Positions 24,110 to 38,083 of a stretch of 64,000 bases of DNA are shown here, piece after piece. Position 1 is the stretch's first letter. Every line of letters begins with the position of its first letter. Made by a program: the position numbers and the translations under genes. The stretch covers positions 744,001 through 808,000 of the forward strand of contig CM030333.1 of NCBI GenBank assembly GCA_017654855.1, given 5' to 3'. Below the pieces are notes generated by a model. The model searched no databases, was not told the origin of the DNA, and was given only the letters and a program-made list of their open reading frames with translations. The DNA is from Podospora anserina. Lineage: Eukaryota.

Positions 24110-26173
24110 CTACACACCCAGCTGCCTGATCATCTCTGCCAACCGGTTGCCTTCCATCTTGTAATCCAATGGCGTCGCCTCCATAAGCTGATAGCGCACC
24201 CTAGAGCCACAGTTAGCACATGCAAAAGCAACTTCAGATCATGCGGAGCAGACCTACCGTTGCTGTTCACCATACGTATCCATCTTGGCCCGAGCCCGGA
24301 ACGTCATCTTCCTGCAGTTTGCACTATCAAACGCAGTGGTAAATCGAACCTCCGCCTCCTTCCTGGCCTCATCTGAAGCATCACCTGACTCCTTGATCTG
24401 CTTCCACTCCATGAGCTCATCTGCCGACGCGCCCAGCAACTTCCTGCCCTGCTCATCGAAGCAGCTCAGCCAGATCTGGCCAGTGTGGTCGCTGCAGTTG
24501 AAGTTCAAGATGTACCGATACTCCGGCCTGTCGTGCGTAACATCGCATTTCTCGCAGCGCCAGGTGCCGTCACCCATGTCGGTGACCTTCTTGTTGCAAC
24601 CCTCACTGCGGCACGCCGGGTAGCAGAAGTTGTCCTGCTTGACGTGAACAATGGTGGCCTGAACGGAAAAGTATTCGGGCTTGTCAAAGCCAACATCCTT
24701 CTCCTTCACCTGCTGGATCATCAGGATCTCGTTGGTGCGACCCGAGGCAGCACCGACTGACGACATGTTACTATGTGTCGCGAAGTCGCTGTGCCTGCCG
24801 GTAGAGTCATACCAGCCCTTGAGAGCATGGGCCTCTGGAATATCAGGGTCAATGGCCATGGTGCCAGATGACAAAAGAGACAAACTCCTGCCGTTGAAGT
24901 CACTGACACGGGTGCCCTTGAACGCAATGACTTCCTCCGGCTTGCCCTGGAACTCGGTAGCTGTCTTGCCCCAAACGGTAACACGCACCGAGTAGCCAGT
25001 TTGGTCCACCAGCTCCAACTCACGCTTGTCGTATGGTTTCTGAGTGCTCTTGGATGTGATCGATGAGACCTCATGCACCGTCTTGAGCACACCGAGAACA
25101 TCAACCGTGGCGTCCTTCTCAACGCTTTGGAGCTCTTGGATGTTGCAGAAGTTGAACCGAACCTGTGGTACTGAGCTCTGATCTTCAGCCTTCTCGACAA
25201 CTGTATCCCGCTCAAACGTGAGCTCGTAGTCGTTGGGAAGGTTGCTGAACTGCTTCTTCGCAAGCTGGACTCTGCAGGGTGCAGAGATATAGTACACTTG
25301 GCCCTCCTGAAGAACATCGTAGAATTGGTCGACCTGATCGTTGAACATGGTGGCCTTGATCTCGCTGCTCTCGTCCAACAAGTTGACGCTAAAAAGCTTT
25401 CCTTCGCCGTTGTTTTTGTGCCATGTCTTGATGTCCGACTTGTGGGTGAGTCTCGCCTTGATCGTCCACTTGTGAGCATAGGGGGATAGTGCCTCGATAG
25501 GATAGATGGTACTGCTGACACCTCCGCTGGTGCGAGTGTTGTTGTTGTGGTTGTTGTTGTTGGGGCGTGACGCCAGTTGTCTCTGGACCTGGGACTTGGA
25601 CTCTTGGGTCGGCTCGCCCTTGGGGGCACCATAAAAGGCAGGCGCAGCAGCAGCAGCAGCAGGTTGAGCTTCTTCAAGCTTCGCTCCTCCTTCCAAGCCA
25701 ACAGGGTTTCCAATCTTGTCCGGCGCACCAAGGGACTCGATGGCCTCGAGCTCTAATACTATAAGAACGCTGTTCAGAAGTTAGCAAACGCTGAAGGGTA
25801 TGACCGTGGGAAACAGCGGTGACGCACTTCTTGCCCTTGAGGGCCTGGGCTTGGTATGACTTCATGCGAACGATTCCTCCACGCTTGAGCTTCCCCTCGT
25901 GAACGACATGGTTGGCCTGGGTGGCCAGCATGCACTGCACATAGTTACGGACATCACTGAGGACGATGCGGTATCGTTCTGGCGCACCGCCGCCTTTTGA
26001 GTCGAGGGTCTTGATCTGGAGGCACTGCAGAACCGGAACGGGATACTGGGCACGGGCGCGCTCAGGATCGGAAAAGATGGCTCTGTTTGAGTTGGTTAAG
26101 TCAGTATCAAAGCCTTGGACCTTGAATCGGGTACTTACTCTATAGCACCTTGTGTGATCGCTTGCTCCGCCAT
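24110..26173 (-). CDS. RFA1: Replication protein A large subunit (RPA70)
   Basis: N-terminal OB fold (RYRIVLSD), IEALSPYAHKWTIKAR, GEGKLFSVNLLDES, C4 Zn motif YPAC..CNKK..CEKC, and a last exon VRYQL...QLGV*. Three introns. Confidence 0.95.
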
Positions 26174-26303
26174 CTTGTGTTGCTCTTGTTCGTTATCGTG
26201 TGGTTTTGGCCCGGTCAAATTAGGCGTTGAAGGGGTATCTGCCGGTTTGGAAAACAACAAGTCTGGGATGATGTCGTGGAGTTGGGAATAATTGCTGGAG
26301 GGG

Positions 26304-26341
26304 TCGCGTTGGGTGACCGCGTCTTGCCAGGCAGAACGCGT
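26304..26341. promoter_or_regulatory. Clustered MCB (MluI cell-cycle box) elements upstream of RPA1
   Basis: ACGCGT at 26336-26341 plus two CGCGT cores 130-170 bp upstream of the ATG. RFA1 is an established MBF target in yeasts. Confidence 0.55.
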
Positions 26342-26811
26342 CGAGGGGCAAGAGTTTAATTGCTTGAAGTTTGCTGGCAGTGGGGCCGTGCGTTGGCGTC
26401 GGCACAGTGTTTATTTAGGCACCAGTTAGCTGCACTGTCCTGGAAGCTTCTCCTATCTTGACATCAGGTACTGATTTGAAGGTATCAAGCTGCAGCAACG
26501 TGACAGTATGGAGATATCACGTCGAATAATCAGATATGACCCCCGTCTCTTAATAGGATGATACCACTTCACAACTATCATCCCACCTGCCATACACTAA
26601 ATTGTGTAGTTCTCAATGGGAAGTCACCATCCACCCAGCAGCTGCCACTGCAGCAAGCGGGGTCTCTTTGCGTGTGCCCAGCCAGATGTCGGTGAGGGTT
26701 GACCCGACGTTGATCAACAACATCAACATACATCTATCATCGTAAACAACAAACAGATCATCTCATCGACCTACACCCATCTCCTTTTAGCCCTTATCAA
26801 TCCTATCCAAA

Positions 26812-27943
26812 ATGTCCATCCCCATCATCGACTCCCACATCCACCTCTGGAACGAAGCCGAAGCCCCCAGTCACAACTGGTACGCCTCAGACTCGCCCCT
26901 CGCAACCCGCCACTCCATCGCAGAGTACCGTGAAGCCACCAGCTCATCCGCCTCTCAGCTCTCTGGCTTCATTTACATTGAGGCCGACCGCAAAAATGAC
27001 GACTCCAAGGACTGGTCAAAACCATTGAATGAGCTAGCTTGGATGCGTCGGATCATCGAGGGCAAGCCTCAGGAGGGTGAAGGCCATACTGCTGATAATG
27101 CCAAGCTATGTTTGGGAATCATTCCTTGGGCTCCTATTGCTTCTGGCTTGCCTAAGCTGAAGGAGTACATTGCTACTGTGGAGGAACAAGCTGGGGAGGC
27201 TGCTTGGGCAAAGGTGAAAGGTTTCCGGTATTTGTTGCAGGACAAGCCGAACAAGACAGGGTTGACAGAGGAGTTCATTGATGGGTTGAAGTTGCTGGGG
27301 GAGAAGGGCTGGGTATTTGATGCTGGCGTCGACCAGCACAGGAGAGGGAGGGTGCAGTTGGAGGAGCTGGTGGAGATTATTGATCGGGCTCATGATGGTG
27401 TGAAAGATGAAGACAAGAAGGTGGTGTTCATTATCAGTGAGTTTTGAATGAGGAAGGGGCTGGCATTGAAGAATACTAACGGAGAGACAGATCATTTTTG
27501 CAAGCCCGACCTGACAATCATCAGTCAGACTGATCCGTCATTTATTGCTTGGTATGCTCATTTTCTTGATTCAAATGAATGACCAAATGACTGACCAGAT
27601 AAATAGGAGGAGCGCCATGTTCACACTTGGAAAGTGCCGCCGCACTTACATGAAGCTGAGTGGGCTGTTTGAAGAAATGTCAGACTCACTGAAGACACAA
27701 TCTGCTGAGCAAATCTTCTCGGCGATCCTGCCCTGGCTCGCCGTTGTTATTGCTGCATTTGGCCCAGAGAGAATCATGTTTGGCAGCAACTGGCCGGTAT
27801 GCACAGTTGGTGTTGGTGAGGAGGCTTGGAAGAAGTGGCACAAGATTGTCGACATGATGTGTGATATGGCGGGTCTCAGTCAAAAAGACCAGGCTATGGT
27901 CTGGAGCGGGACAGCGAAGAAGGCGTATAACCTTGAGGGATAG
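26812..27943 (+). CDS. Amidohydrolase_2 family protein, L-rhamnono-gamma-lactonase (LRA2)-like
   Basis: IIDSHIHLW, VKGFRYLLQ, NHFCKPD, YMKLSG and FGPERIMFGSNWPV. Introns 27437-27490 and 27552-27606. Confidence 0.8.
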
Positions 27944-28629
27944 GTGAACAAGGTGTCTTGCAACAGGAATTACCTCACTTTGGACTCCAAGTTCCCTTAC
28001 TCGATTTGGTGCAACGGAATACGCAAGAGGGGGTTGGCTGAGAGGCAAGCAAATTGTTGTAGAAAAGTGCCTTTGAAGACATACTCGAGTCAGGCGGCAC
28101 ATCATGTATAGGGGTGGTTGTTGTTACATCGGGGCGTGAAGAGGCTTCCACTTTGGTAAAAAGAAGGCTTAAATCGACGTTTGGCTTGGCTATGAAAAGA
28201 CAAATCCCTAGGAGGAGTACACATAATCATGCACACCACCAGTGGCTACAACCCATCTCTATGTCCAACACTAGTACACAAAATTCCTGTTCCTGGCCAG
28301 ATCGGCTCACCAAATCCGGGGATCGGTTATGACGTCTGCGGGGGAGGTTCATTCCCCACAATTCTCGACTCTTCCCCAAGTTCTTGGCGGTGCACGCGCA
28401 CATCTGCCATCGCTAAGCCGAGCCGAGGTTGATCTTGGGGACCTCCCAGCCGAGCCATCGTCGGTGGGGATCCTCCAGAAGACAACAACCACTTGTCTTG
28501 AAGGGATTAACAAGCATCTTCATCTTTAAACTATACACTGCGCTCTCTACTCTACTCTCTCGATCTTCACGACATCTGCAGTACACTTCAGTTCTCCTCG
28601 AAAGATCTTCCCAAGCCAAAACCGTCAAC

Positions 28630-28948
28630 ATGTCTGCTCAAATCACCAAGGCCGAGGTTGCCCAGCACAAGGACGACAAGTCCATGTATATTATCATTGA
28701 CGACGGCGTCTATGAGATTGCCAGTATGTTTCTTCTTTGCGGTGACAGTACATAATGAAAGATGGTATGGCTAATCGATTTCTTCTCTAGACTTTGTCAA
28801 CGAGCACCCAGGCGGAGCCAAGATCCTCAAGCGCATGGCCGGCAAGGACGCGACGAAGCAGTTCTGGAAGTATCACTCCAAGGGCGTCATGGAGAAGTGG
28901 GGAGCCAAGTTGAAGGTGGGCACGCTGAAGGAGGAGGCCAAGCTTTAA
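28630..28948 (+). CDS. Small soluble cytochrome b5-like heme-binding protein
   Basis: [21 protein letters not shown] / [27 protein letters not shown]. Intron 28724-28790. Confidence 0.9.
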
Positions 28949-31872
28949 ATAACGGTTGGATGGATGATGGGTGGAAAGGAGGAGGGAGCGAATGATGGAT
29001 ACCATGACCGACCGCGCGCGCGTGTGTGTGTGCGACGATAGCGAAACGAATACTAGCGATGCGAATTCTTTTTTTCGGAATTTGAAAATGGAATATATAT
29101 TACTACACCAACTTGGACCGCGAGGTGGCCCTTCAGACTGGACGGTTTGTGTGTTCCGGAGATTGCGCGATCGGTTGATCGATTGGTACGATGGAAAAGC
29201 AGGAAGTATAGTGTACTTCCCTCCCTACATCTCGTGACAACCAGACAGATATCAAGTCGATATCACAAGCCCCTCCGGGTTTCTTCAGCTGTCACACACG
29301 TTACTTCTGACCCCCCATTTGGGATTTCTTTTTTTGACCCCCAACGGCAAGGTGATGACCCCCACGAGTGTCAATGGCAGGTTGATCGGATGTGGGCATT
29401 TGACGAACCCCCCACCTCTCCACGTTCTTGAAGTACAAGTTGTCGTTGGGCCTTTCCATATCCCACGTCAACCGCGCGCGTCGTGGGGAAATGGTGGAAT
29501 TTCCCTCATGTTACACATCACGATACACAGATCTCTTTTTCTAGAAACCGAAGGATAGTGCTGTCATGGCCAAGACAAGACGAAATATGGGGGTTTCGGC
29601 AGGGAAGCTTCCAGCAACACGAGAAAAACACGAGAATTTGTTCGAGACATTTTGCGCACACAAGACTCGCTTTAGAAGAGGAGAAGGTTTCGGAAGCCGG
29701 GAGATCGACCTTGTGTCAGTCTTTCACAGAGGAAACAGCTGAAGAACAGCGGGAGTTTGTGCTACGGAAGGCTTTTGATGTCACTTTTTAAAGACATATT
29801 TTCCGCGGCGAGTTCCAGCATGCTTTTTACCTATCTTTTACATTTTACTCACCCGTCCTAGCTATTCCCGATGTGCTCAGGATGGGAAAAGATAGGGAAT
29901 TCGAAAAATGCCGATGACCAAGAGATGATAGAAAAGGACCCCCACGCTTTCTTTTTTTTTTTCACACCACCTGCGGCATGCGTCAATGTACAACTGATGC
30001 AACCTGTCGGCATCGGTCCCTTCGGCGGGCTTATAAAGTTCACGGTTGTCGGTGACCAAAAGAAGCCTTCCTGGGTCCGGTACCTGGTAGGTAGGTATCT
30101 TATCGGCATCGGCGTCGGGAAACAAAGATGGGCATTTGACGGACCGGAGGGGGGTGGGGAGATGTTATACTTGTTCTGATCTTGTAAGAGATGGAGGTTC
30201 TTTGAAGGGGGGGGGGGGAGGGGGGTGGCCGTGTGCGGGGAGGTGGGATCCGAAGATCCCGTTTTATGGGAGTGTGTAGGGTACCTAAGGTAGGTAGTCT
30301 ACAGCCGCGGCCGCCGCGGTCTGCGCATTTTTCCCGATCGATCATACTGTACCTACATTAGGTATATGTGAGGTTAAAAGTTATGACGCTAGCGGCGCTT
30401 GAAGAGGGCGGTAGTGCTTGCATGCTCGTGTGCGGCTTACCTACAGCTTGCACTTCTGGTAGTTTGTCTCTCTACCTTATCTTGGGCTGATCTGTAGGAT
30501 TCATGCTGAAGGGTCGCCGTCTTGAGTCAGGTTGATGTGCTGACAAGCGGTCTAGGAATAGGACGGGCATGAGATGTGCCGAGAATGGACACAGAGTAAC
30601 TCGGCTGGTGAGGTTATCGATATCAGAGCACTACCTATCTCTTCGGGGGACTAAGAGTTGCATGGATTACGGATACGAGATACGGCGACCGTTGAAGCTA
30701 TTCTCTTTCACCCAAGGCCGTCATGATTGGAGGAGGCTCGATGTTACCTCCAAGACGGGCCGGTTGTGAGAATCTACTTTACCCCGGAGTGTTAATTCAT
30801 CTTGGGTCTTCTGTTGGTTGAAGAAATCGATGGATTCAACACAATTTTGCCTCCTTCACCCCCGAAAACCCTTGATAGGTCCATTTGAACCGACTACCCT
30901 CTGGTTGGCTCACTCTTCACCAACATCAACCATTCAACTTTCTACCTGCAGCCCCGTCCTCTGTGATATGCCCACAGTAGACAGTCACCGCTCACCAACC
31001 CCACAACTCATGTTCCCTTCCCCGTATTTTCCCCCAGTTCCATCAACGACAATCACTTGTTCTGGGCCCTGGTCTGGTTTAGGTGAAGTGCTCGTGTAAT
31101 GTGAACTTCCTCCTCGTTGGTCAATCTAAAAGAGTCCACAAACTCTCATTGGTGTCTCATTTTGCAAATTTGTCCAACCCCAGGTCTGACTGAACCTTGC
31201 CTCCACTTACACCAACAGAGTGAGAACTGAAGAAAGAGACCCGAGTTTGCCGCTCAACCTTGTTAGTGTTCTTCTTCAACAGCGCGCACATGGACCCTTT
31301 TATGCAAGATCATCACTGTCACCTTTGTTAGTGTATAGGTCCATCACAATCACATCACAGGTAGTCACGATCTTCTTTGACAGGTTAGGTAAGGCAGGTA
31401 GGTAAATAGTGAAGCTGCGTTTCAATTCAACTAATCCCTCTTAGGGAATGATCCCCCCCTTCCTTGGTAGTAATAGTAACAAGACAGACAACAACAAAAA
31501 ACAATTATCCCCAATTTCAGTCGAATAATCCCATGATCCGACCTTTGATAGGTATCCCGAATGTTTTAATGATCCAACTCCATGCTTTGCTCACGTGAAT
31601 AGCATTTGCTTGCTTTGTGTTCCCCATAATTCCCAAACCACCCAAAAAAAACGCCGTGTGATAAGAGCAGACCGGAATGGTGGTAGTGTAAGTTGTTGTG
31701 AAAGTGAAGTATTGTTGTTGTTGTTGTTGTGGTTGTTGTTGTTGGTGGTGGTGTACAAAAAAAGTTGTAGTAAAAATTATTCCGCATCCGGTCTGCTCAT
31801 CATCATCCCATCCATGAAATCAAGAAGCCATCAACGCCTTGTCCGAAAGATGTAGTAAAGAGAGAAGGCTGT

Positions 31873-32106
31873 TTAGCGACGGATGGACGCGGGCCAGTGG
31901 TCTCTGTAGCCGATGGGGGATGGTGGGGGGGCGGCCGGGACGGAGTAGTCGTTTTCTTGGATGTGGTGGATCGGGGTCACAAGCTGGTTGGACTTGGACT
32001 GGAGGGTAGCGTTGAGGCTGGCGAAGAGCTCTTGGGTGGTGATGAGGCCCAGAGGCTGGCGCGCGGCCGGGATGGGGATTGGAGCGGCGATCTGAGAGAC
32101 AGGCAT
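31873..32106 (-). CDS. Small hypothetical protein (77 aa, Pro-rich)
   Basis: ATG in A-rich context after a (CA)n leader. C-ending codon bias typical of real genes here. TATA-like TACATAAA ~295 bp upstream. Confidence 0.6.
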   Translation of the reverse strand: MPVSQIAAPIPIPAARQPLGLITTQELFASLNATLQSKSNQLVTPIHHIQENDYSVPAAPPPSPIGYRDHWPASIRR

Positions 32107-32123
32107 TATGCTTGTGTTGTGTT

Positions 32124-32158
<35 letters not shown>

Positions 32159-33899
32159 TGGTGAGGTGAGGGTTGAAGATCTTGATGGTCAGGAGTAGGG
32201 TAGTATGGAGGAGGTCTGATGGTCTTGATATGGCGGACTTGTTTGAAGGCAAGTGTGTTGAGACAAGCAAAGGGCAGGAAGAGCGACCAAGGCTTGGGTA
32301 TTAATGTGTTTTCTTGGAGATATCCTGTGTTGCTTGAGGCAGTGTAAGAAAAGAAACAGAGAAAGACAGCTGGGGAGTCCTGAGACCAACAGACTCTTTA
32401 TGTAGCAGGCCCGGCCAGGGAAAAAAAAGCAAGAGACCAGACCGACCTGGCCTCTGGACAGGGAGCAGGGGAGAAGGCAGACAGGGGGGCCAGATTGATG
32501 AGAATTCTCGGGGCGGCCCCAGTGGGAACTGTGGAATTCTGGGGAAGGTGGGATGGCTCCCACGGCTCCGTGGATGTACCTTGTACTTTTTCACGACACA
32601 GAAAGCCCGAAGAAATCCAAAAGGTCCGAGGTGTCTTGCCCGCGAGGGACGGGAACGGACATGTCAACCAGCCAGCAACAAAAACAGAAAAAGCAAACAC
32701 AAAAGAAGGAGCAGAGTTTTCACCTCCAACCTCCTCTCTTTCGCCGTCTGTCTGTCCGTCTGCTGTTTGTTTGTTTTGCTGCTTTTTTCCACATTCGTTG
32801 AGGTGGAATGCTTTCAGCGTGTTCACCGTTTCCTTGGGTACCCTATACAGCGACAGGGCTGCGCTGTTTGGGGGCCAACCCCCCAATGGTGAGATCGGAT
32901 GACAAGGACAAAAGGGGGCTGCTGTGCTTGCCCTCTCTCCGAGCGTTCCATACCACAGCCGTCACCACCGAAGGCGTCAGTGTTTGGGAAAATGAGAGGA
33001 CACGAGACAGAGCTAGCACACTGCCGACGACAGTCTAACGTGGTGCCAAGGACCGGGTCTTCAGCCTGTCGTGGTCATGGTGTTTTTGCGGCCTCTTCGG
33101 AGCGAGTGAGAGCAGCAGTTGATGCGCCCTATAAAATCTCTGTGGGGAGCCATGTTCAGAGTGGGGTGCAGGCCTTGGAGGCACCGGAAATTCCGTCTGG
33201 GGTACAGCAGAGAGTGTGGTACATGGATGGGGAAATGTGGGGAAGACTTGTTTGACTCAGCTCCTTTTTTTTCTTTCCACTGTTGCCTCATCCTGTCCGT
33301 GACACGTTCCATCTTCCATTTTCCCCTTGCGGCGTGTACGAACCGACCGTGTCAGCCTGAGTGTGGTGCCACAGCTCACCGACCATTCTCTTTTTCCATC
33401 GCTCCATGGATTTTCGCGGCACCTCGCTCCGACACTAACAAATCCTGCTGGCCACAGATTGGATTGGCGCGGCTTGAGCAGCTGGAACTTGCAATTGGAT
33501 TTGGATCGCGATCAGCCGAGGACCCAAGCATGTTCCGACAGTTGGACAGTTGGGGGGGCGGCGCATGAACATGAACTCGGTCTCCACGGCGGTCGAACCT
33601 TTTTGAGGTCCCTCAGATTACACGACGACGCCGCCCACGTACCTATTTTCTCCTTTCTGTGGGTGATGAAGGCGGCGCAAGCAGGTCGGCACCAACGGTA
33701 CCTTGTCAGCAAGCATCCAGCACACGCATCCGTGGGGGTTATCCCTTTTGATCCCCCATCTGAGTCAGTTTCCTCTGGATCGGACACAATTCCAGTGGCC
33801 CTCTCGGAATGTTTACTCTCTCACTTCATCTGATGTCAAAGGCATGATGTTCTCATGGATGGCTTCATGCCGTTGCACTCGGCCGTTTCAAGAAGGCTT

Positions 33900-33947
33900 C
33901 TGGAACTCTGGAACTCTGGAACTCTGGAACTCTGGAACTTTGGAACC
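33900..33947 (+). repeat. (CTGGAACT)x5 plus one degenerate copy
   Basis: Directly visible 8-bp tandem repeat. Confidence 0.9.
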
Positions 33948-36796
33948 TCGGGGTGCCATTTCCAACCCTGTCAGGAAAATCGGCGCCGTTTGCCGGCTAG
34001 CGAACAGTGCTTCCCCGGGCGCGTGCTTGGCTCCCTTGGCTGGAGATTGCCCTGACCGCTTCCCCAGATTTTCCCGTCTCCCGGGAGCTGCGCCAAGAGC
34101 AGCGATCTTCCCCCAACAGAAGACTCTATTCCCACGTCTTGTTTGATCGCCGCGTCGTGGATCCACGCAGAGACGGCTTGTCATTTGACTTTGACCACCT
34201 TCGGCTGTTCTCGACCTCTGTTCCGTCAACTTCCTCCGGCTTCAGAAATGGATGGCCATGTGTCACGTTTTTTGCCTGTCGAAAGCAATCAATATCCTCC
34301 TCACCCATCCCTGGTCGATGTTGATCAAGGGGAGGGGGCTGGGGAAGAAGCAAATGCCGTATTAAACAACAGATTGCTCATATCTGATTCTTCACTTTGC
34401 CGTCAACACAGTACAATTACTGACAATTAACAGACACATTGCCTTCAGCCCTCGTGACTTTTTGCCAGAATTCGGCGTAAATCACCCGGTTTTCCTCCTC
34501 GACTGCCACCGTCACGACAAGCCTCACAAAAATATCTCTTCTTGCATTTATCATATCGCTTCCGCTACCAAGCAGTACAAGTTCCTGGACCTTCCTTCTA
34601 GGTCTGCCATCCGATCGCGTAATCCTGGCGTTCCATTGCGTCCACCGTTTTTTTTATGCTCCGTATATTTCTCCACTCACCGCACCAAGGTGAAGAATTC
34701 TTCACCGGTGTTACATTACAAAGTTGTATTCCTTTCCTTCGAACCGAGGGCTCGGTGAGAAAAAATCAGGCCGCGGATGACGGAGCGGGCGGCAGGCAAG
34801 GCAGAAAGATAAGCGTTTTTGTTGACTTTTTGCCGGTAACGACTTAACAACAGGGGTGGTTGAGCCGCGGGAAAAAGATAGTGGTGCCAGGGGGGGAGTG
34901 GGAACTTCACATGGTAACGACAACAGGAGCAGGTTTGTTGACTGTTTGAAGGACGGGAAGATGTCGCGGCGGTGATGTCACTTGTTTTCATCAGTCTGAC
35001 AGCTGTTCTTTTGGGGAGAACAAGGCCGATACACTCCTGACCGAGGCACAGCACTTCCTCTTGGCTCCGGCACTTGACACAACCTGTTCCTGACCGCTCA
35101 CACCGATGACGATGCGCATTATCGCCGAGTCCAGAATGGCATCGTAGGGCTATGCTCTGCAGCTTCGATGCGGCCATATGATTAGGCCAAATAGTGTGGG
35201 TTGGTTGGGTCGGGCCGAAGGCTTATGGGGCTTGGGAGAAGATGATGTTTCGTTTCAGATCCCCAACTCCAACGACTCTCCAAAAATGAAGTTGGGGGGA
35301 TTGCGGCACAGCACCCCCGATTTCAACTCTAGACATGCAGAGGTCTTGATGGGAGATGCACGCCGGCACGTATAACAGAGGAAGATGGCCGAAACGGAGA
35401 CCAGGTAGATGCCCCGCCCGGGCCTGTGGCCTTCCGGGAGTGGGATCGGGATCTGCGTGGTGCTGTGGCTGTCTGTGGAAGGTATTGAAAGGCACGCCGA
35501 CGCCGATCTGTGAGCTGCGCCGTCGGCCGGTCTACTGTTGATCACTTATTTACATCCCATATGTATACCGTATAGCCTCCATGTAGATAAGTTTATTAAC
35601 CCAACCTTTTAAACTGCTGACCCTACATTTTTCTGTCCACAATCCTAGCCTTTTCTGTCTATAATCCAAACTTTTATTATCTGTTAACCTAGCTTTTTGC
35701 TATCCATTTTCAGCTCAAATTGCTGAAAAAAATTCTGGGATATCTACAAGACTCTTACGCATGCAATCATCTCATAAGCTATTAAGTATTATCACCCATA
35801 CTCTTTTCATTTTGAAGGGAACTCTAGGTCGGAGCAAGACTAAAAACGTTTGCCGTAGTCTGGCCTTTCAATCCGGTTGGAGATACGACACAAAGAGTAT
35901 CACGTATCTGAACACCATAGCCCTGCTTCATGCTTCATGTTGTTCGAGACTGGTATACTTAAGAGATAAAAATAGAGATCTATCTGCGCATCTATTATGT
36001 ATATAGCAAAAAGGTCTTAATGTCTATGTCTTCCTCCTCAAAAAGACCATAACTCACTATTATCACTCCAACAGTTGCTAACACACAACAGCTGCTAACA
36101 CAAGCAAAGAGAAGAGAGCAACCCGGCTATTGTCAAGGATAGATAAAGAGTAGTTCGCGATCCAAATTATATCCGCAGCCGCACACCATCCCTTACCGGC
36201 CTCTACCTCTACACAACCCAAATACCACCAGGCAAACCAAAACCCCAAGCACCCTCCCAGTCCAGTCCAACCCAACCACCACCCAGTCGAACCACCCCCC
36301 AGTCGGGAAGTATCTTCCCGGGCCTGGCGCACAATCCACTCAACCGAGAACAATTCACGCCTGCTACCTAACCATCTAAAACAAGAGAAAAGCAACATGA
36401 ACAATAAAACACCCTTGGTATCCTTTCTCCGTGTAGACCATCTTGCAGCTATGCCCGAAAAGAAACCACCCCCCCAAATTCCTGAGCTCTTACCACGAGG
36501 TTGGCCGTCCCCCATCACCTTTGGTCGATTTCTCGATCATTTCTACACAACCCACAACCCGCATGAACGAACAAGCAAAAGCCCAAGACAGAAGCCCAGC
36601 CAGAGTTCATACCGAATGAATAGCCGGCTTGCATTAAAAAGGAATAATAACCAGGAGAACAGCCAAAGGGAGACGGCTTTCTTTGACGATCCTGAGGCTT
36701 CTTCCGAGTCTTTCTTCAGGGCTATCAAGCAAGGTAGGTAACTATCGGTATCCAAAGTGATTTGGTTGGGTGTTGTTGAGGCCGAGGAAAATATCC

Positions 36797-37876
36797 TCAC
36801 CAGTCATCCTCGCTGGAATCTTGCTCTACCATCTCGCCTTCTTGGTCCTCCATGTCGCTGGAGTCTGGATTGCCCGCGAGGCTGTCCCAGTCGTCTTCGG
36901 TGCTGTCCTCCTCCCCCTCCTCCTCTTCCTTTTTCTCCTCATCCTTCTTCTTCTTCTTCTTTTTCTTCTTCTCCCACTCCTCCGCCCTCTTCGCCCACTC
37001 CTCCCACTTCGCTCACAATGCCTCCACCTCCTCCCGCTTCTTCGCCCGCAATGCCTCCACCTCCTTCCATTCCACCACTGTACCCGCCTCCGGCTTTTCC
37101 ATAGCCGCAACCGACTCCGGGTTCGTCTCCTTCGTCTCCTTCTTCCCCACCTCGCTCAGCCCAGACCCCCTGTCATTTCCCAGAATGCCCATCTTTCTAT
37201 CCCCGACATCTTTCTTGTTACCATAGCCTCCATACGCAGGAAATTTAGCTGGTGCAGCGAAGATGTTGGGTGGAAGACCGGTGGTGGAGGTGTGGCTCGA
37301 CGAGGCGGCGTTCATCTTGGAGTTGGCGGGGATGTCATCCTTTGGTAACGCTTGGTAGGTGGAGGGTTTGGGCATGGGGCCCGGTGGAGAGTAGAAGGTC
37401 CCAGCAGGGGTAAGGCTCAAACCAGGGTACTCTGGTCTCGGAGGGGAAAAGAGTGGCGGAAGGCTACGGCCTTGACCGTGTTCCTTGGTCGAGGGGTCAT
37501 GAGGCATGGGTTGCAGGCGAGGGATGGTGGTAGAGGTGTTGGGTTCATCTTGTTCCTGTTGCGCAAAGGTGTCGGGCCTCACAGAGGATACCTGAGGGTT
37601 GTTGTTGGGTCCGTTCTGGATTGGTGCGCGATAAATATTGGATCCTGACGGGATGCCGGGGTAGCGTGTTGATCTGGAGCCAAGGAAAGGGCTCGCTCCC
37701 GGCAAGGAGGAGGGGGTTGTTGTTGAGAAAAGGCCGGGTGTGCAGAAGGGCTTCCTGACGGCGGGCTGCGTCGCCCGAAGACTAGTGGCGCTAAATAAGC
37801 CATGCATCTCGGTGTAGTGCTCCCTATGGATGAGCTTGTTAATAGGATCAAGGTTAATAGGGGGAGGACAAGACAT
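36797..37876 (-). pseudogene. Orphan Pro-rich/coiled-coil/acidic-tail gene interrupted by one in-frame TGA (37015-37013)
   Basis: The 287-aa ORF continues in the same frame past the TGA for 71 more codons (AKWEEW..K9..acidic tail) to TGA at 36799-36797. Confidence 0.5.
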
Positions 37877-38083
37877 ACTTGATAGTCACATCTGTACAGA
37901 CCTTGTGGCAGAAAGAACCAGTAACGGGGGGCAATCTCTGCTTCTGTGCTTTAGAAGTGGTTTCGTCCACCCCTACACTCACGCCACTGTCTGCGGGTGG
38001 CTTGGAGAGCAAGAAAGTAGCACCCGTTGGCTTCGGATTGCGATCGCTCTTTCTCTGGCGCTCACATGCACTGCTCATGTTTG

